In this document: positions 1-12,539 of the stretch, one piece after another
Layout of the letters: each line of letters begins with the position of its first letter
Numbering within the stretch: position 1 is the stretch's first letter
NCBI GenBank assembly: GCA_012295275.1
Contig: CM022677.1
Span: forward strand, 6,014,001-6,078,000
Direction: 5' to 3'
DNA: 64,000 bases
Source: Chrysomallon squamiferum
Lineage: Eukaryota > Animalia > Mollusca
Notes under the pieces: generated by a model
What the model was told of the DNA's origin: nothing
The model's database searches: none
The model's input: only the letters and a program-made list of their open reading frames with translations
Program-made: the position numbers and the translations under genes

Positions 1-327
1 TGCCTCTCTGTATGTATGTATATATGTGTTTGTCTTTATGTGTGTATGTATGTATAAATACACCTATGATGCTTATGCATGATTCTATGTGTTTTGAAAA
101 TAAAAATAATAAAATACAAAAAAGTAATTAAAAACAAAATTAAAATTAAAAAATTAAAAATCTAATTTTACGTCTAGTTATTCGAGTTGACTTAAAGTAG
201 ACCATTGTAATGTATATTACAGTGTGTATCGAACCATTTGACCTTTTTAGGGTAACTTTGTTGTACTTGCTCGTTTTGGGCTGTTTAATTACACATAGCT
301 TTGTACAGACGTATTATTCAGAATAAA

Positions 328-1062
328 ATGTCCTGTGAACTATAACGGTATGTCCTGTGAACTATAACGGGATATCGTGTGAACTATAATCGGCTGTCCT
401 GTGAACTATAACAGGATGACCTCTGAACTATAATGGGCTGTCCTGTGAACTATAATGGGCTGTCCTGTGAACTATAAGGCGGTGTCCTGTGAACTATAAC
501 AGGGGTGTCCAGTGAACTATAACAGGATATCCTGTGAACTATAACGGTATGTCCTGTGAACTATAATGGGCTGTCCTGTGAACTATAACAGGATGACCTC
601 TGAACTATAATGGGCTGTCCTGTGAACTATAAGGCGGTGTCCTGTGAACTATAACGGGGTGTCCAGTGAACTATAACAGGATATCCTGTGAACTATAACG
701 GTATGTCCTGTGAACTATAATGGGCTGTCCTGTGAACTATAACAGGATGACCTCTGAACTATAATCGGCTGTCCTGTGAACTATAAGTCGGTGTCCTGTG
801 AACTATATCGGGATGTCCTGTGAACTATAACGGGGGTGTCATGTGAACTATAACGGGATGTCCTGTGAACTATAACGGGGTGTCCTGTGAACTATAACGG
901 GGTGTCCTGTGAACTATAACGGGATGTCCTGTGAACTATAACGGGGTGTCCTGTGAACAATCACGGGATGTCCTGTGAACTATAACTGGATGTCCTGTGA
1001 ACTATAACGGGATGTCCTGTGAACTATAACGTGGTGTCCTGTGAACTAAGACAGGAATTCCT
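328..1062. repeat. 22-bp minisatellite (consensus GTCCTGTGAACTATAACGGGAT), ~33 units, with a 154-bp (7-unit) higher-order repeat
   Basis: Directly visible tandem units. Variant units recur 154 bp apart (gtccagtgaac at 507/661, ataacggtat at 541/695, caggatgacc at 588/742). Confidence 0.97.
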
Positions 1063-1271
1063 GTTACTGGGCAGTCAGTAAATCAGAATATTGCTCCTTC
1101 GCGATTTTACCAGTTTCAACATTTACTCCTAATGTGTGTGTGGGTGTTTATATTGATGTATGCATGGATGTATGTGTGTGTGTCTGTATTTATGTATGGA
1201 TATGCTGGAACCATGACAGACAACCAGTTCACTTCTACGTTTATTGGTGGGAAAACCATTTTTAGGCTGAA

Positions 1272-1328
<57 letters not shown>
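1272..1328. repeat. (CA)n microsatellite
   Basis: Direct read. Confidence 0.95.
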
Positions 1329-1329
<1 letters not shown>

Positions 1330-3689
1330 TTTTTTAGTTTAATCGTCGTTCCGTTAACCTTTAAATTAAAATGGTAGCAGCAGCAGTACTAAAATATTAA
1401 AAACGAATTAAATATGTAATGCAAATTTGGAAAATAACAGCAAGCATAAACTGCTGGATGGTTAAGATAAATTTTCTAGAAAGACTGGGTCCCTTTTACA
1501 CATGCATATTATTGATAAACACAAAGTAGACAAATGAATATTTGTTACGGACATACAAACAGGCAAACATATGAATATTTATTTCAGACACGCAAACAGA
1601 CATATATTATATAGAGACAAACAAACAGACAGACTGAAGGATGGAGGAATATTTATATCTGACAAGCAAACAGACAGACAGGCAGACAGATGGATGTTCA
1701 TTACAGACAAGCAAAGATACAGACATTCATCCACAGCCAGTGCTGACCTATAAAAGATCCTGTAGACAGCGGTCATGATGTGGGTTCCAGTGTGCGGAAA
1801 GTGCACGTGAAAATGATGCAAATCCTGCATCTCGAGTCATTTTGTATCTGCAGATTGCATTTCCACGATATCACCTTTCTTTCTAGACAGCAGCAGCGGT
1901 CAGCGTTCTGTGCTGCTCTTTCTCGGACGTGGCTGATGTATTCTTCTTTCGCAGGTTTGCGGTTATTAACACTACATGTTTGTGGATATTGTCAGATATC
2001 TGTAGTTTCTCATACCTGTTGATCTGAGACAGCTGAACCAGGAGGACCTGTATATAGCTTTGCATTGATATATGATTAACAAAGACTTTGCTTTTTCTTT
2101 TCTTTTTTTTTTTTTTTTTTTTTTCTTTTAAAGAATGATGTCCAACAGTGGCTCAACCATGGTGGTAGAGACTTACAATCTGACAATGACAAGACTGGTA
2201 ATAAGGTCAGTTATGCTACGTGTAGTAACATATGTCCATGTTATCCACAAAGCATCTTAATAAATATTTGTACCATTTATTTCGTCAGTTTCAGAACTGA
2301 GATCAGCACAGGTGTGTTTTTTTTTTCACACACATACACTTTATTTTACATTTTATCTGCATTCGATCCTTAGTGCCCGAAAACTTATAAAATGACCTTC
2401 AGTTTAAGTTTCTATCTTATCTAATAATCGTTAAAAAAAAATTCTCGGATTTGTTGGCGGCCATCTTGTATATACACTTTTTAGAATAACTGAAATGGCA
2501 ACAAATAAAATACACTTCAATAATTAATTATTTCTTATTTACTGTTAGTTATTGGCATATAGATAACATGATAACATAATGTAGTGTTTTAAAAGGCCAA
2601 CAGGACTTTTATTTGACTTAAAACAGCCACATCTTTAACATTTTTATGGTTGCCATCCTGATTTATTTGTGTTTGAAAAACATGGCTGCTTTAGATTCTT
2701 CATGCCTGAAAGTCTATAAATCGATCTTCCTTTTATATTTCTATCTGATCTAGGTAAGAAGATATGAGGAAAGTACATTCGGGTGGAATTAGCCTCCTAG
2801 CAATAATTGGTCAAGGGTGAGAAGATGTCACCCGGCAGTTTCAGTACATGTGTCCTAAACTTCAGTTGTCAACACTAAAACAAGGTTAAACACAAACATG
2901 ATCTTTGTCTGCCGATCTGTAATATTACACATGTCTCTTATTTCTCACACTCCACTCTAAAAATAGTCAAATAATTTTTTTCTCATATTTTTTAATGTGT
3001 ATGGGAAAGAGATATATTATTTTGCCTTCTCATCGAAGCGTCTATTTACATTACTTCGAAATCCAAGGTTTTTGTTTCCTTGTTTCGTTTTCCTGCAGAC
3101 GCCATATTGCCTGCTTGAAATTTTGTTTTATAGTCTAAGCTCATTACGTCTGTATTAAGATTGTGAATGTTTCGATGAAATATTTGCTTGAAAGAAGAAT
3201 CTGTGATAAAAAGCCTTTCTCTGGATCCATTAAAAAAAGGTAAAATTATTATTGATAACTGAAATGTAATTGAAAATTTAATTTTTGTGAGGCCATGACA
3301 GTGTCCATGTTAAACAGTTAGTAAGATTGTAAATTCAAAAGCGTTTTGATAACTATAATCTATTTCTTTTTATTGTATTATTCTGAAAACAGGAAGAGGA
3401 TATCTATATATCTATCTATTTATCTGTCTATGAGGAAAATAGATTCGGTCTATCATATAGTTATAATTATATATCAATTATATAATTTATATATTTCAGT
3501 TATACAAAGTTTGGTCTTTTACATTTTAAAAGTTTTTGTTGAAATGTATTAGTGACATAGAAAATAATATTCAAGTGCATTAACAAACGTATATAAGCGA
3601 TTAACAGGTAAAGTTGAAAAGGAGCTGAAGATTACTGAACGAATAATTAGACAACTCCTATTATATTCAAATATGACAAGCATTGGAAG

Positions 3690-3784
3690 TGGGTGAAAAC
3701 CATAAACTCGATATATTACGCCATCGATCGCGCAAGAATCATGTGATTAAAAATGTGCATTGTTATTCGAGGTTAATATGTTAG
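3690..3784 (+). promoter_or_regulatory. Putative non-coding 5' exon/promoter of RID-like copy 1
   Basis: TTAG|GTACTG donor at 3785 and TTTTTCAG acceptor at 3991-3992, 8 nt before ATG 4001. The block is conserved in inverted form upstream of copy 4 (15880-15950). Confidence 0.45.
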
Positions 3785-4000
3785 GTACTGTTCATTATAG
3801 CGCAAAAGAGCAAATAGGAGAGGAAAAACCATACAACCCCAAAACACAACAACATAAACAATAACACACACACTCACACACACACACACACTCACACACA
3901 CACCCACACTCACACACACATGTACTAATAAAAATATCCGAAATATATTTTGAACTTTTTTAATTCTGTCATTCCTGGGATTTATTTTTCAGATAAAACA

Positions 4001-4429
4001 ATGAGAGCTTATATTTGGTTTCCATCGCCAACAGAAAGTAAAATTGGACATGGTACTCTCGAGCTATCTAATGGAACGTACATAAGCTGGTGGCCAGGAA
4101 GAGGAGGAGGTAACTGTTATGCACAAGCATCTCTTCGAGATGACATAAGAGCTGAAGGCAGAGATCCTGACAGGATAATAGACTTGGATGACCTGAACTT
4201 AAATGAATACAAGATTGAAGAATGGTGGATTGGCTGGCGGATGAGAGGTTTCTATTCTTTGTTTGGAGAAAATTGTTGCTGGGTAGTTTATAGCGCTTTA
4301 AGAGCTGGAGGCGCCTCTATCGGTTTAAACCCAGTGTGGTCGCCTGCCATTTTGTATCGTTATCTCCTGAGACTTAAAACTGGGGTTTTTGGACTTCTGG
4401 GATCATTCCTTTTTTCAACACCTATATAA
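4001..4429 (+). CDS. 142-aa RID/IcsB-like permuted papain-fold (NlpC/P60) putative acyltransferase/thiol hydrolase, copy 1, intact His17-Asp48-Cys92
   Basis: Open, non-repetitive ORF with an acceptor just upstream of the ATG and three paralogs nearby. Motifs YIWFP, GHGTLEL, YISWWP, SLRDD, YSLFGENCC, VYSALRAGG, VWSPAIL; hydrophobic C-terminal tail. Confidence 0.88.
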   Translation: MRAYIWFPSPTESKIGHGTLELSNGTYISWWPGRGGGNCYAQASLRDDIRAEGRDPDRIIDLDDLNLNEYKIEEWWIGWRMRGFYSLFGENCCWVVYSALRAGGASIGLNPVWSPAILYRYLLRLKTGVFGLLGSFLFSTPI

Positions 4430-4820
4430 AAGGTGTCCAAGCTTGGATTTCCTGTAGTAGTATCGGATAAACAAGGATTCGTCATCACCTGTACTGCTGT
4501 AAAATTCCTGCTCTGATAAAACTGTATAATTTACAGTTAAAACTGTAGAACAAAACACGAAGCTTCTACACAGTAAGACAAAATATACTGTTTCATACAC
4601 TGAGTTGATGTAAAAAAAGAAAAAGCTGTACAAAGAAACAAAAAAACTGACTGTTTGTCTCTTTCTAACTATCTATCTATATATGTGGGTGAAGAGTGTA
4701 TGATTAATAATAAAAAAATAACAAAGAACTAACTGAATTTTTACTTGTATCTCGTTACACAATATGAAGTGTAAGTACCTTACAATCTGTTACTCTTTAC
4801 TAAAGAAAATTATCCGAAGA

Positions 4821-4858
<38 letters not shown>

Positions 4859-6119
4859 ACTCGTAATGAAACGATCGTTTTAAAAGTAGTTTATTAATTA
4901 ATTAATTAATTAATGTATTTATTTATTTTAATCAAAATATGAATAAGGAAATATCTCGGGGTTTGAGTAATTTCTGTTTCGGTTTCCTTCTTTTAACAGA
5001 TACGTGTACACACCGTGCAAACAGATAATGTTACGATCTGACCTTTCACCTTTATGTCATGTTTATCAGTGGGGAATGTGATCTCAGACTGACGTCATCC
5101 CTAGTGATACATGTCACTGGTCTGAAAAAAAGTATGATCACTGTTAGTCACGTGAACTTCATTGGAAAAAAAAAATAATAAAAAAAATAAAAAAAATAAA
5201 AATAAAATAAAATAAATAAATAAATAAATAACGCCATATGTATCTTTTAATATATGTATGTAGGTCTTTGTCTATCTGTCTGTCTGTATGTTTGTTTATA
5301 TATTTACGTATGCGTATTTTCTGTATTACATATGTGTTATTAAACTTCAGAAAGATAATATGGGGGGATGCAACAATTACGACCTCACAAACGCCAGGTG
5401 GCGCTGACGAGACTCGAACGTACAACACTCATGTGATCACAATCCGTATATAAAAAATATATATATATACAAAACAAATTCAAACTGATTAGTAATAACA
5501 AACAGTACTATCTTTCTTTCATCAGAAATCTGATAATTATAATTAATTTAATCTGAAATATCATAAATCAACAGGTTTGTTTCACTATATATAGTTTATA
5601 GTATATATAGCAACTCGTATATATACTTTAATTATTATTACAGAAATATAAAAATAATAAAATTAAATTAAATAAATTCGAAAATGATAATGGTATTACA
5701 CAGACTGGTGTTATATGATTAATGACACTGATATAATCTGACTTCAGCTCTGTTTAAAACAAATTTAATTTTTATTTTGTATTCACATTATTAAAAGAAA
5801 TATATATATATATGTATGTAGAATATAGAATATCAAATTGTTATTTCCTACTGACAGTCAGAATAGATCGATAGGCAAAGAAAACATAAACAGTAAATTC
5901 GTAAGATATCAAAAGAAAATGATACGGGGGAAAATCCACCAGAAAATAACCAGAAAAGCAATAAAAATTTCGAAGTAAATTTAATACATTTTGTCAACGT
6001 TATTTGTAACATTTATGTAGATTGTTGATTTCTTTTTCTTTTTTTTTCAAATTGTTAAACAAATTTCGTTTGTTGTCACACCGCTATGACATCAGGAAGT
6101 GAAGCGAGCACGGAACAAC

Positions 6120-6555
6120 TCAATGAAAAAAAGAAGTCACAAGTCCCCAGAAGCCGTGTTTGACTCTCTGTAGATATCGGTAGAGGATTCCAGCTGTCCA
6201 GAGAGGATTCAAACTAATGGTAGCTCCCCCTGCTCGCAGAGCCTGGTAAACAGTATAGAAACTGTTGTAATTGTAGAATCCGAAGAATGCTGTTTGTTTC
6301 CACTGAAACCACCATCTTTCTATCATTCCTTCATCCAATGAGAGATCATCAACGCTGATGACGTCATCACGATCGGCTAACAGGATTTTTTTGGTCAAAT
6401 TCAAGACTTCCCGATTCTCCACACCTGTTTAGTATTACCGTATTTTTATTTTTTGTGATGTCACGCTCCCAGGCGCTGATGTATGTACCATTAGACAGCT
6501 CAAGTGATGCATGTCCGTGGTGAATATTTGTTGGATTCCAGATGTAGACCGTCAT
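6120..6555 (-). CDS. RID-like paralog copy 2 (144 aa if one extra base is removed), Cys->Ser; pseudogene or homopolymer assembly error
   Basis: ORFs 6367-6555 and 6120-6422 join after removing one base from the T7 run at 6386-6392 (436 nt = 435+1, the length of copy 3). No other lesion seen. Acceptor TTTATCAG 11 nt before the ATG. Confidence 0.75.
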
Positions 6556-7442
6556 TGTTCTGTTTCCTGATAAATAAAGTAAAATTATCTTCAGAAGAAT
6601 CGCAATAAAGAACCATAAAACCTTTGTGTCTGTCTTTCTGTCTGCCTAACTACTTATCTATATGTGTACGTATGTATGTAAGTGGGTATGTATGGGTTTA
6701 CGGTTGAATATGTGTATATTTGTACGTATGTATGTGTGTAATTATATATCTCTCTATATATCTGTATACACGTATATAATCATTTGCCTATCTATTTTGC
6801 TATCTATAAAAATATCTGCCTGGCTATGTATCTATTAATCCATGTCTGGATATATATACATACATAGATACACCTAGTCGCAAGCACGTGCATTATTACT
6901 TACATGTATACATAAGTATGAACATGCTTGGTTACATACATACTTACAATCGCAGACAGTTAGCGGAAAAAAAATATATATGTGACAAAAGGGTTCAGGA
7001 AAAACGTTTTGTTTGAGAGCTATGTTATACCAGTACAGTATGACACGGCTGTGAAAATATTCCCAACCTACACAAGGAAATCGAAACGGAGATAGACAGC
7101 AAGACAGAGAGAAGATAAGTCGTATATATTTAAAATAAAAGTAACAACAACAACAACAACAACAATAATAATAACTATAATAATAATAATAATAACAACA
7201 ACAACAACAACAACAACAGCAATAATAAGAACAAGAACAACAACAATAGTAATAAATGAATAAATAATTGATATCAAAACTTGTTGCTAGTTTTACAACT
7301 ATCAGTAAAATAATAAAGTAGAACACTGAGTATAAACGTCACAGTTTTTGTTCTATCAACAAAATTACTGGCTCACTCGCTGACGAACTCTGACGTAGTT
7401 ATTTTGTGTTAACTGTAATAATAATAATTATATGTTACTCAC

Positions 7443-7610
7443 CTAAAGGAGAGGAGTGTTCCCAATCGTACAGCTAAACGAAAAACTGTCAATATGGCGA
7501 CTACTCAAAAGGTAATCAAAGAACCCTGGGACTTACCACAGATCTGAAAAAAGGGGTTCACGCAAATCGTCACAGTCACTGAGTTTTCTTTATGCAGATA
7601 AAAATATACA
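7443..7610 (-). promoter_or_regulatory. Putative non-coding first exon/promoter of copy 2
   Basis: AG|GTGAGT donor at 7442. The block is conserved with 10990-11153, while much of the intron interior is not. Confidence 0.55.
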
Positions 7611-8460
7611 TGGTCGCCAGCCACTTTGTATCGTTATGTTCAGAGAATTAAAGTGTTGTTTTTTGTTGTACTTCTACTATCGTTCCTTTTCTCAACACCT
7701 ATATAAAAGGTGTGCAAGCTTGGATTTCCTGTAGTAGTATCGGATAAACAAGGATTCGTCATCACCTGTTCTGCTGTAAAATTCCTGCTGTGATAAAAAC
7801 CGTATAATTTATAGTTAAAACTGTAGAACAAAACACGAAGCTTCTACACAGTAAGACAAAATATACTGTTTCATACACTGAGTTGATGTAAAAAAAGAAA
7901 AAGCTGTAACAAGATACAAAAACCTGACTGTTTGTCTCTTTCTAACTATCTATTTATATATGTGTGTGAAGGGTGTATGATTAATAATATAAAAAAAAAA
8001 AAATAAGAAAGATCTAACTGAATTTTTACTTGTATCTCGTTACACAATATGAAATGTAAGTACCTTACAATCTGTTACACTTTTGCAAAGAAAATTATCC
8101 GAAGAAGTTCTTTTTTTTTTTTAATCAACCCCTAGTGAAACGATCGTTTTGAAACTATTTTAGTTATTTATTTATTTATTTATTTATTTTAATCAAAATA
8201 TGAATAAGGAAATATCTCGGGGTTTGAGTAATTTCTGTTTCGATTTCCTTAGTTTAACAGATACGTTTACACACCGTGTAAACAGAAAATTTTTCGAGAT
8301 GACCTTTCACCTTTATGTCATGTTTATCAGTGGAAATATGATCTCAAACTGACGTCATTTCTAGTGATACATGTCACCAGTCTGAAGAAAAGTATGATCA
8401 CTGTTAGTCACGTGAACTTCATTTGGAAAAAATATATAAAAATATATTTAAAAAATATTA

Positions 8461-8518
<58 letters not shown>

Positions 8519-9088
8519 AATCATTCTTCGCCATTACCATATACAAACGTACAAGCCTATGTACCTTTTAATATATGTGTGTAGGTCTTTGTCTGTCTGT
8601 CTGTCTGTATGTACGTTTATATTTACGTATGAAAATTTTGTGTATTGCATACTTATGATTAAACTTCACACTGATAATATGGGGGGGATGCAACAATCAC
8701 GACCTCACACACGCCAGGTGGCGTTGACGAGACTCGAACGTACAACACTCATATGATCACAATCCGTAGATAAAAAAATATATATATACAAAACAAATTC
8801 AAACTGATAGTAATAACAAACAGAAATCTGATAATTATATTTAATTTCATGTGAAATGGCATAAACCAACAGATATTTCACTATAGTATATAATATATAT
8901 GGCAACTCCTAAATATACTTTAATTATTATTACAGAATTATAAAAACAAGAAAATTAAGTCAAATACATTCGAATATGATAATGGTATTAGACATACTGG
9001 TGTTATGTGATTAATGACACTGATATAATCTGACTTCATCTCTGTTTAGAACAATTTTTTTGTTTGTTTGTTCACATTATTAAAAGAA

Positions 9089-9217
<129 letters not shown>

Positions 9218-9485
9218 AGAATATCAAATTGTTATTTCCTACTGACAGTCAGTATAGATCGAAAGAAAAAGAAAATATAATCAGTAAATTCGTAAGATAT
9301 CAAAAGAAAATGATAGGAGGAAAAATCCGCAAGAAAAAACCCAGAAAAGCAATAAAAATTTCGAATACAACATAATACATTTTGTCAAAGTTATTGGTAA
9401 CGTTTATGTAGAATGTTGATTACTATTTTTTTTACAAACTGTTAATTATTTGGGTTGTTGCCACACCGCTATGACGTCATGAAAC

Positions 9486-9920
9486 TCAACCAAAAAACGA
9501 AGTCACAAGTCCCCAGCCTCCTTGTTTGACTCTCTGTAGATATCGGTAGAGGATTCCAGCTGTCCAGAGAGGATTGAAACTAATGGAAGCTCCCCCTGCT
9601 CGCAGAGCTTGGTAAACAGCCCAGAAACTGTTGTAATAGTAGAATCCGAAGGTTCCCGTTTTCTTCCATTCATTCCACCATGTTTCCATCTTTTCTTCAT
9701 CCAATTTGAGATCGTCAACGCCGATGACGTATTGAGGATCTTGTCCGAGCTTTTTGCTGTCAAATTTGACACTTCCCGATTCTCCACATGCGTTTAGTAT
9801 TATTGTGTTTTTATTTTCCATGACGTCACGATCCCAGAAGCTGATATATGTACCACTGGACAGCTCAAGTGATGCATGTCCTTGGTGATTATTTGTCGGA
9901 TACCAGATGTAGACCCTCAT
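9486..9920 (-). CDS. 144-aa RID-like paralog copy 3, intact ORF, His15/Asp54 kept, catalytic Cys->Ser98
   Basis: Complete ORF aligns end to end with copy 1 (GHASLEL, YISFW, DDLKLDEEK, YYNSFWAVYQALRAGG, NPLWTAGILYRYL). Acceptor TTTACCAG 11 nt before the ATG. Confidence 0.85.
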   Translation of the reverse strand: MRVYIWYPTNNHQGHASLELSSGTYISFWDRDVMENKNTIILNACGESGSVKFDSKKLGQDPQYVIGVDDLKLDEEKMETWWNEWKKTGTFGFYYYNSFWAVYQALRAGGASISFNPLWTAGILYRYLQRVKQGGWGLVTSFFG

Positions 9921-10529
9921 TGTTCAGTTTCCTGGTAAATAATGTAAAATAGAAAATTATCTTCAGCAGAGTCGTGATAACGAACCGTAAAAGCTTTGTG
10001 TCAGACTATCTGCCTATCTGTCTCTCTATCAACCTCTCTCTATATATGTATATGTATGTATGTATGTATGTGTGTGTGTACGTACCACTGAATGTATATA
10101 TGGATTTATGGATGTATATAACTATCTAACTAACTATATGCTGAGGCTTTTTTTTTTCTATTCGCAGTCTTGAGAAGGAAACAATGGACTTTTGTTTTTG
10201 ACCAAAGCCTTCAGATCCTTTCTTTATATACATATACCTGTTTTTTGTTGGAAAGGTATGTTATATAATTACAGTAAATTGGCAAGTCTTTGAAAACAAC
10301 GTATGTAATTGTGATTGTCCTACACAAGGAAATCCAAACAGAAATAACTAAATACCTTATTTAAAATAAATGAATAAATAAATAAAAATAAAGAAATCTT
10401 TCCGTAAAATAGTAAGCGTAGATTTATCACGATAACCCTGTCTATTACCTCATTCTTCTTATTTTATAAGAAATATTTCACAAAACAGGTTATCCGAAAA
10501 TTGTCTTTATTTTCCATTTAAAATAGAGT

Positions 10530-10664
10530 TGTATCTTGAGGTTTCTCAAGCTCGCTCGTAACTCGGATTTTAGCTCGCAACTCAAAGCAAAACTCGACCG
10601 GTAGACTGCTCGTATCTCGAAATATTCGTAAGTTGGAGCACTCGTAACTCGAGGTACCACTGTA
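10530..10664. mobile_element. pogo/Tigger-like (Tc1/mariner) terminal fragment in the intron of copy 3
   Basis: Ends ...CTCGTAACTCGAGGTACCACTG|TA, the reverse complement of a CAGTGGTACCTCG-type TIR with a TA target. Repeated CTCGTAAC subterminal motifs; absent from the copy 2 intron; second TIR not found. Confidence 0.6.
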
Positions 10665-10989
10665 TTTATTACGTAGAGTTACATACATAGAATTACCAAG
10701 AAAAAAAATCAGAGAAAAGGTAAATATTTACTTTCGAAAATTACTAAATAAATAAATAACTCATGTAATAATAATAATCGCCATTGCCACGTGGTTTTAA
10801 AACTAGTGTTTCTAATACATGGACAAAATATTGTACAATTAAGTGTGTCGTTGAAAATAACCTTCACAGACTTTGCTTTACGAACCCGTACCTCGCTCGC
10901 TCGCTTACTAACGCTGCTAGGAAACCGAGAAAACTGACGTTTCATTTTGTGTTAACTATAATAATAATAATTAATTATACGTTACTTAC

Positions 10990-11153
10990 CTAAATAAAGG
11001 AGAGGAGTGTTCCCTGTCTTACAAGTTAATGAAAAACTGTCAATATGGCGGCTACACAAAATAACGGAAATCCCTGGAACGTACCATTTGCTTGAAAAAG
11101 TGGGGTTAACTCAAATCTTCGCAGTCACAGTTTTTTATGCAGATAAAAATATA
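10990..11153 (-). promoter_or_regulatory. Putative non-coding first exon/promoter of copy 3
   Basis: AG|GTAAGT donor at 10989; paralogous to 7443-7610. Confidence 0.55.
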
Positions 11154-11441
11154 AACACAACAAAACGACAATAAGACTAAAAGTAGTAATAAAATAAGTG
11201 GGAGGGGTATATGTGTCCCTTGCTACCTCTGTTTGTTAAAAATAGGAGGTCGAGTTAGCCTGTGTCTACTTTTGATTATTTACAATGGCTTCGTCCTGGT
11301 TTCGATTTCCGTGAAAAAAATTAGAACATAGGTAAAATATAATAACGTCACTATATTGCAATAATTATTTTATTTATTTCAGTTGTAAACTCCTACAATA
11401 TTGATAAATAAATACTATTTCAAATTATAATTATCAGCCTC

Positions 11442-11492
<51 letters not shown>

Positions 11493-12539
11493 GCATGTGT
11501 GTACGTGTGAATGTGTGTGTGTTTATATATATATATGTGTGTGTATATTAATGTACATGTAACATATGTGCTTATGCATGTATGTATGTATTTAAAAATT
11601 AAAGCAGCAGTTGGTTTTAGTATTATTAATGTTTTATTATTTTATTTTCATTTGTTTTTTTTCTTCTCGATGATTAAAGTTGACGTTTATTATGTACCTA
11701 GCAGAGTACTTTGATCTTTTGACTTTTAATGGTAACGTTGTTGTACTGGATCGTTCTTGTTTTGTTTTTTTCTTGGCTTTATAAGGATCATTTTGATTAC
11801 CGGTTGTTAAATAACTTTATACAGACGTATTATTCAGAGTTAAACGTCCTGTAAGCTATGACTGGACGTGCTGTTAGTGCATTTTTCATAGTAGTCTGTA
11901 AGTTAAAATATTGCTCCTTCATAATTTTACGCGTTTCAACATTTATTGCTAATGGTTTTTGAGTTTGTAACGTGCGACTCTCAAAAGTCCAGTTTCGACT
12001 TTTGAACCGATGTTGAAGATTTGCTATACTGGGATTATTTCAAAATTCTTGCAATATAAGGCAAGGAACGACGATAAATCGTTTTTACCTCACTCAGTAG
12101 GACCTTAACCATACCCTAATAAGGCTTCACACAAGCTACCGAAAGTTTTGACAATGATAGTTAGTTGTACTGTTTGCTGTATTTGTTTAAGTTAGAAAAT
12201 TGGTCCTAACTTACTTATTAAACCACCGCTCGCAGTTTAGGTTATACCTGCTTATAGAATTCACTGGTAGCTAGTTCTTTAATTATTATAATAAATTGTA
12301 CTGTTGTGCTATTAAGGTACAGTTTATGGAAATGTCAATAAAATACTGATTATTTATTTATATCGCTTACTTAGATACAGTATAACATCTCGAAATTAAC
12401 CTGTATGTGTCAGTAAATATGTTACCTATCCATTTCTGTAGATACTTCTATGAGTATGTATCATTTGAATATGCACCGTTAATCAGAAGCAATACCGTTA
12501 CTGAAACCACCTAACATTGACAGTCATTATCGAGAGACA

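Noticed and set aside
336-352. AACTATAACGGT resembling the LSU rRNA / I-CeuI site
   Set aside because: Only ~12 nt match, with no flanking rRNA similarity.
328-1062. CRISPR-like array (constant GTCCTGTGAACTATAA plus a variable part)
   Set aside because: The variable part is only ~6 nt and recurs. There are no unique spacers or cas genes, and the context is eukaryotic.
3950-4000. N-terminal extension of ORF 3950-4429 (MNFFNSVIPG...)
   Set aside because: Starts at TTG within a polypyrimidine/acceptor region; all paralogs begin at the Met equivalent to 4001.
7528-7537. NF-kB-like site GGGACTTACC upstream of copy 2 (GGAAATCCC near 11066 in copy 3)
   Set aside because: Not positionally conserved between paralogs and equally readable as a minus-strand GTAAGT splice donor.
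9503-9797. Overlapping ORFs 9503-9787, 9609-9797 and antisense ORFs 15316-15743
   Set aside because: Shadow frames of the real gene or pseudogene.
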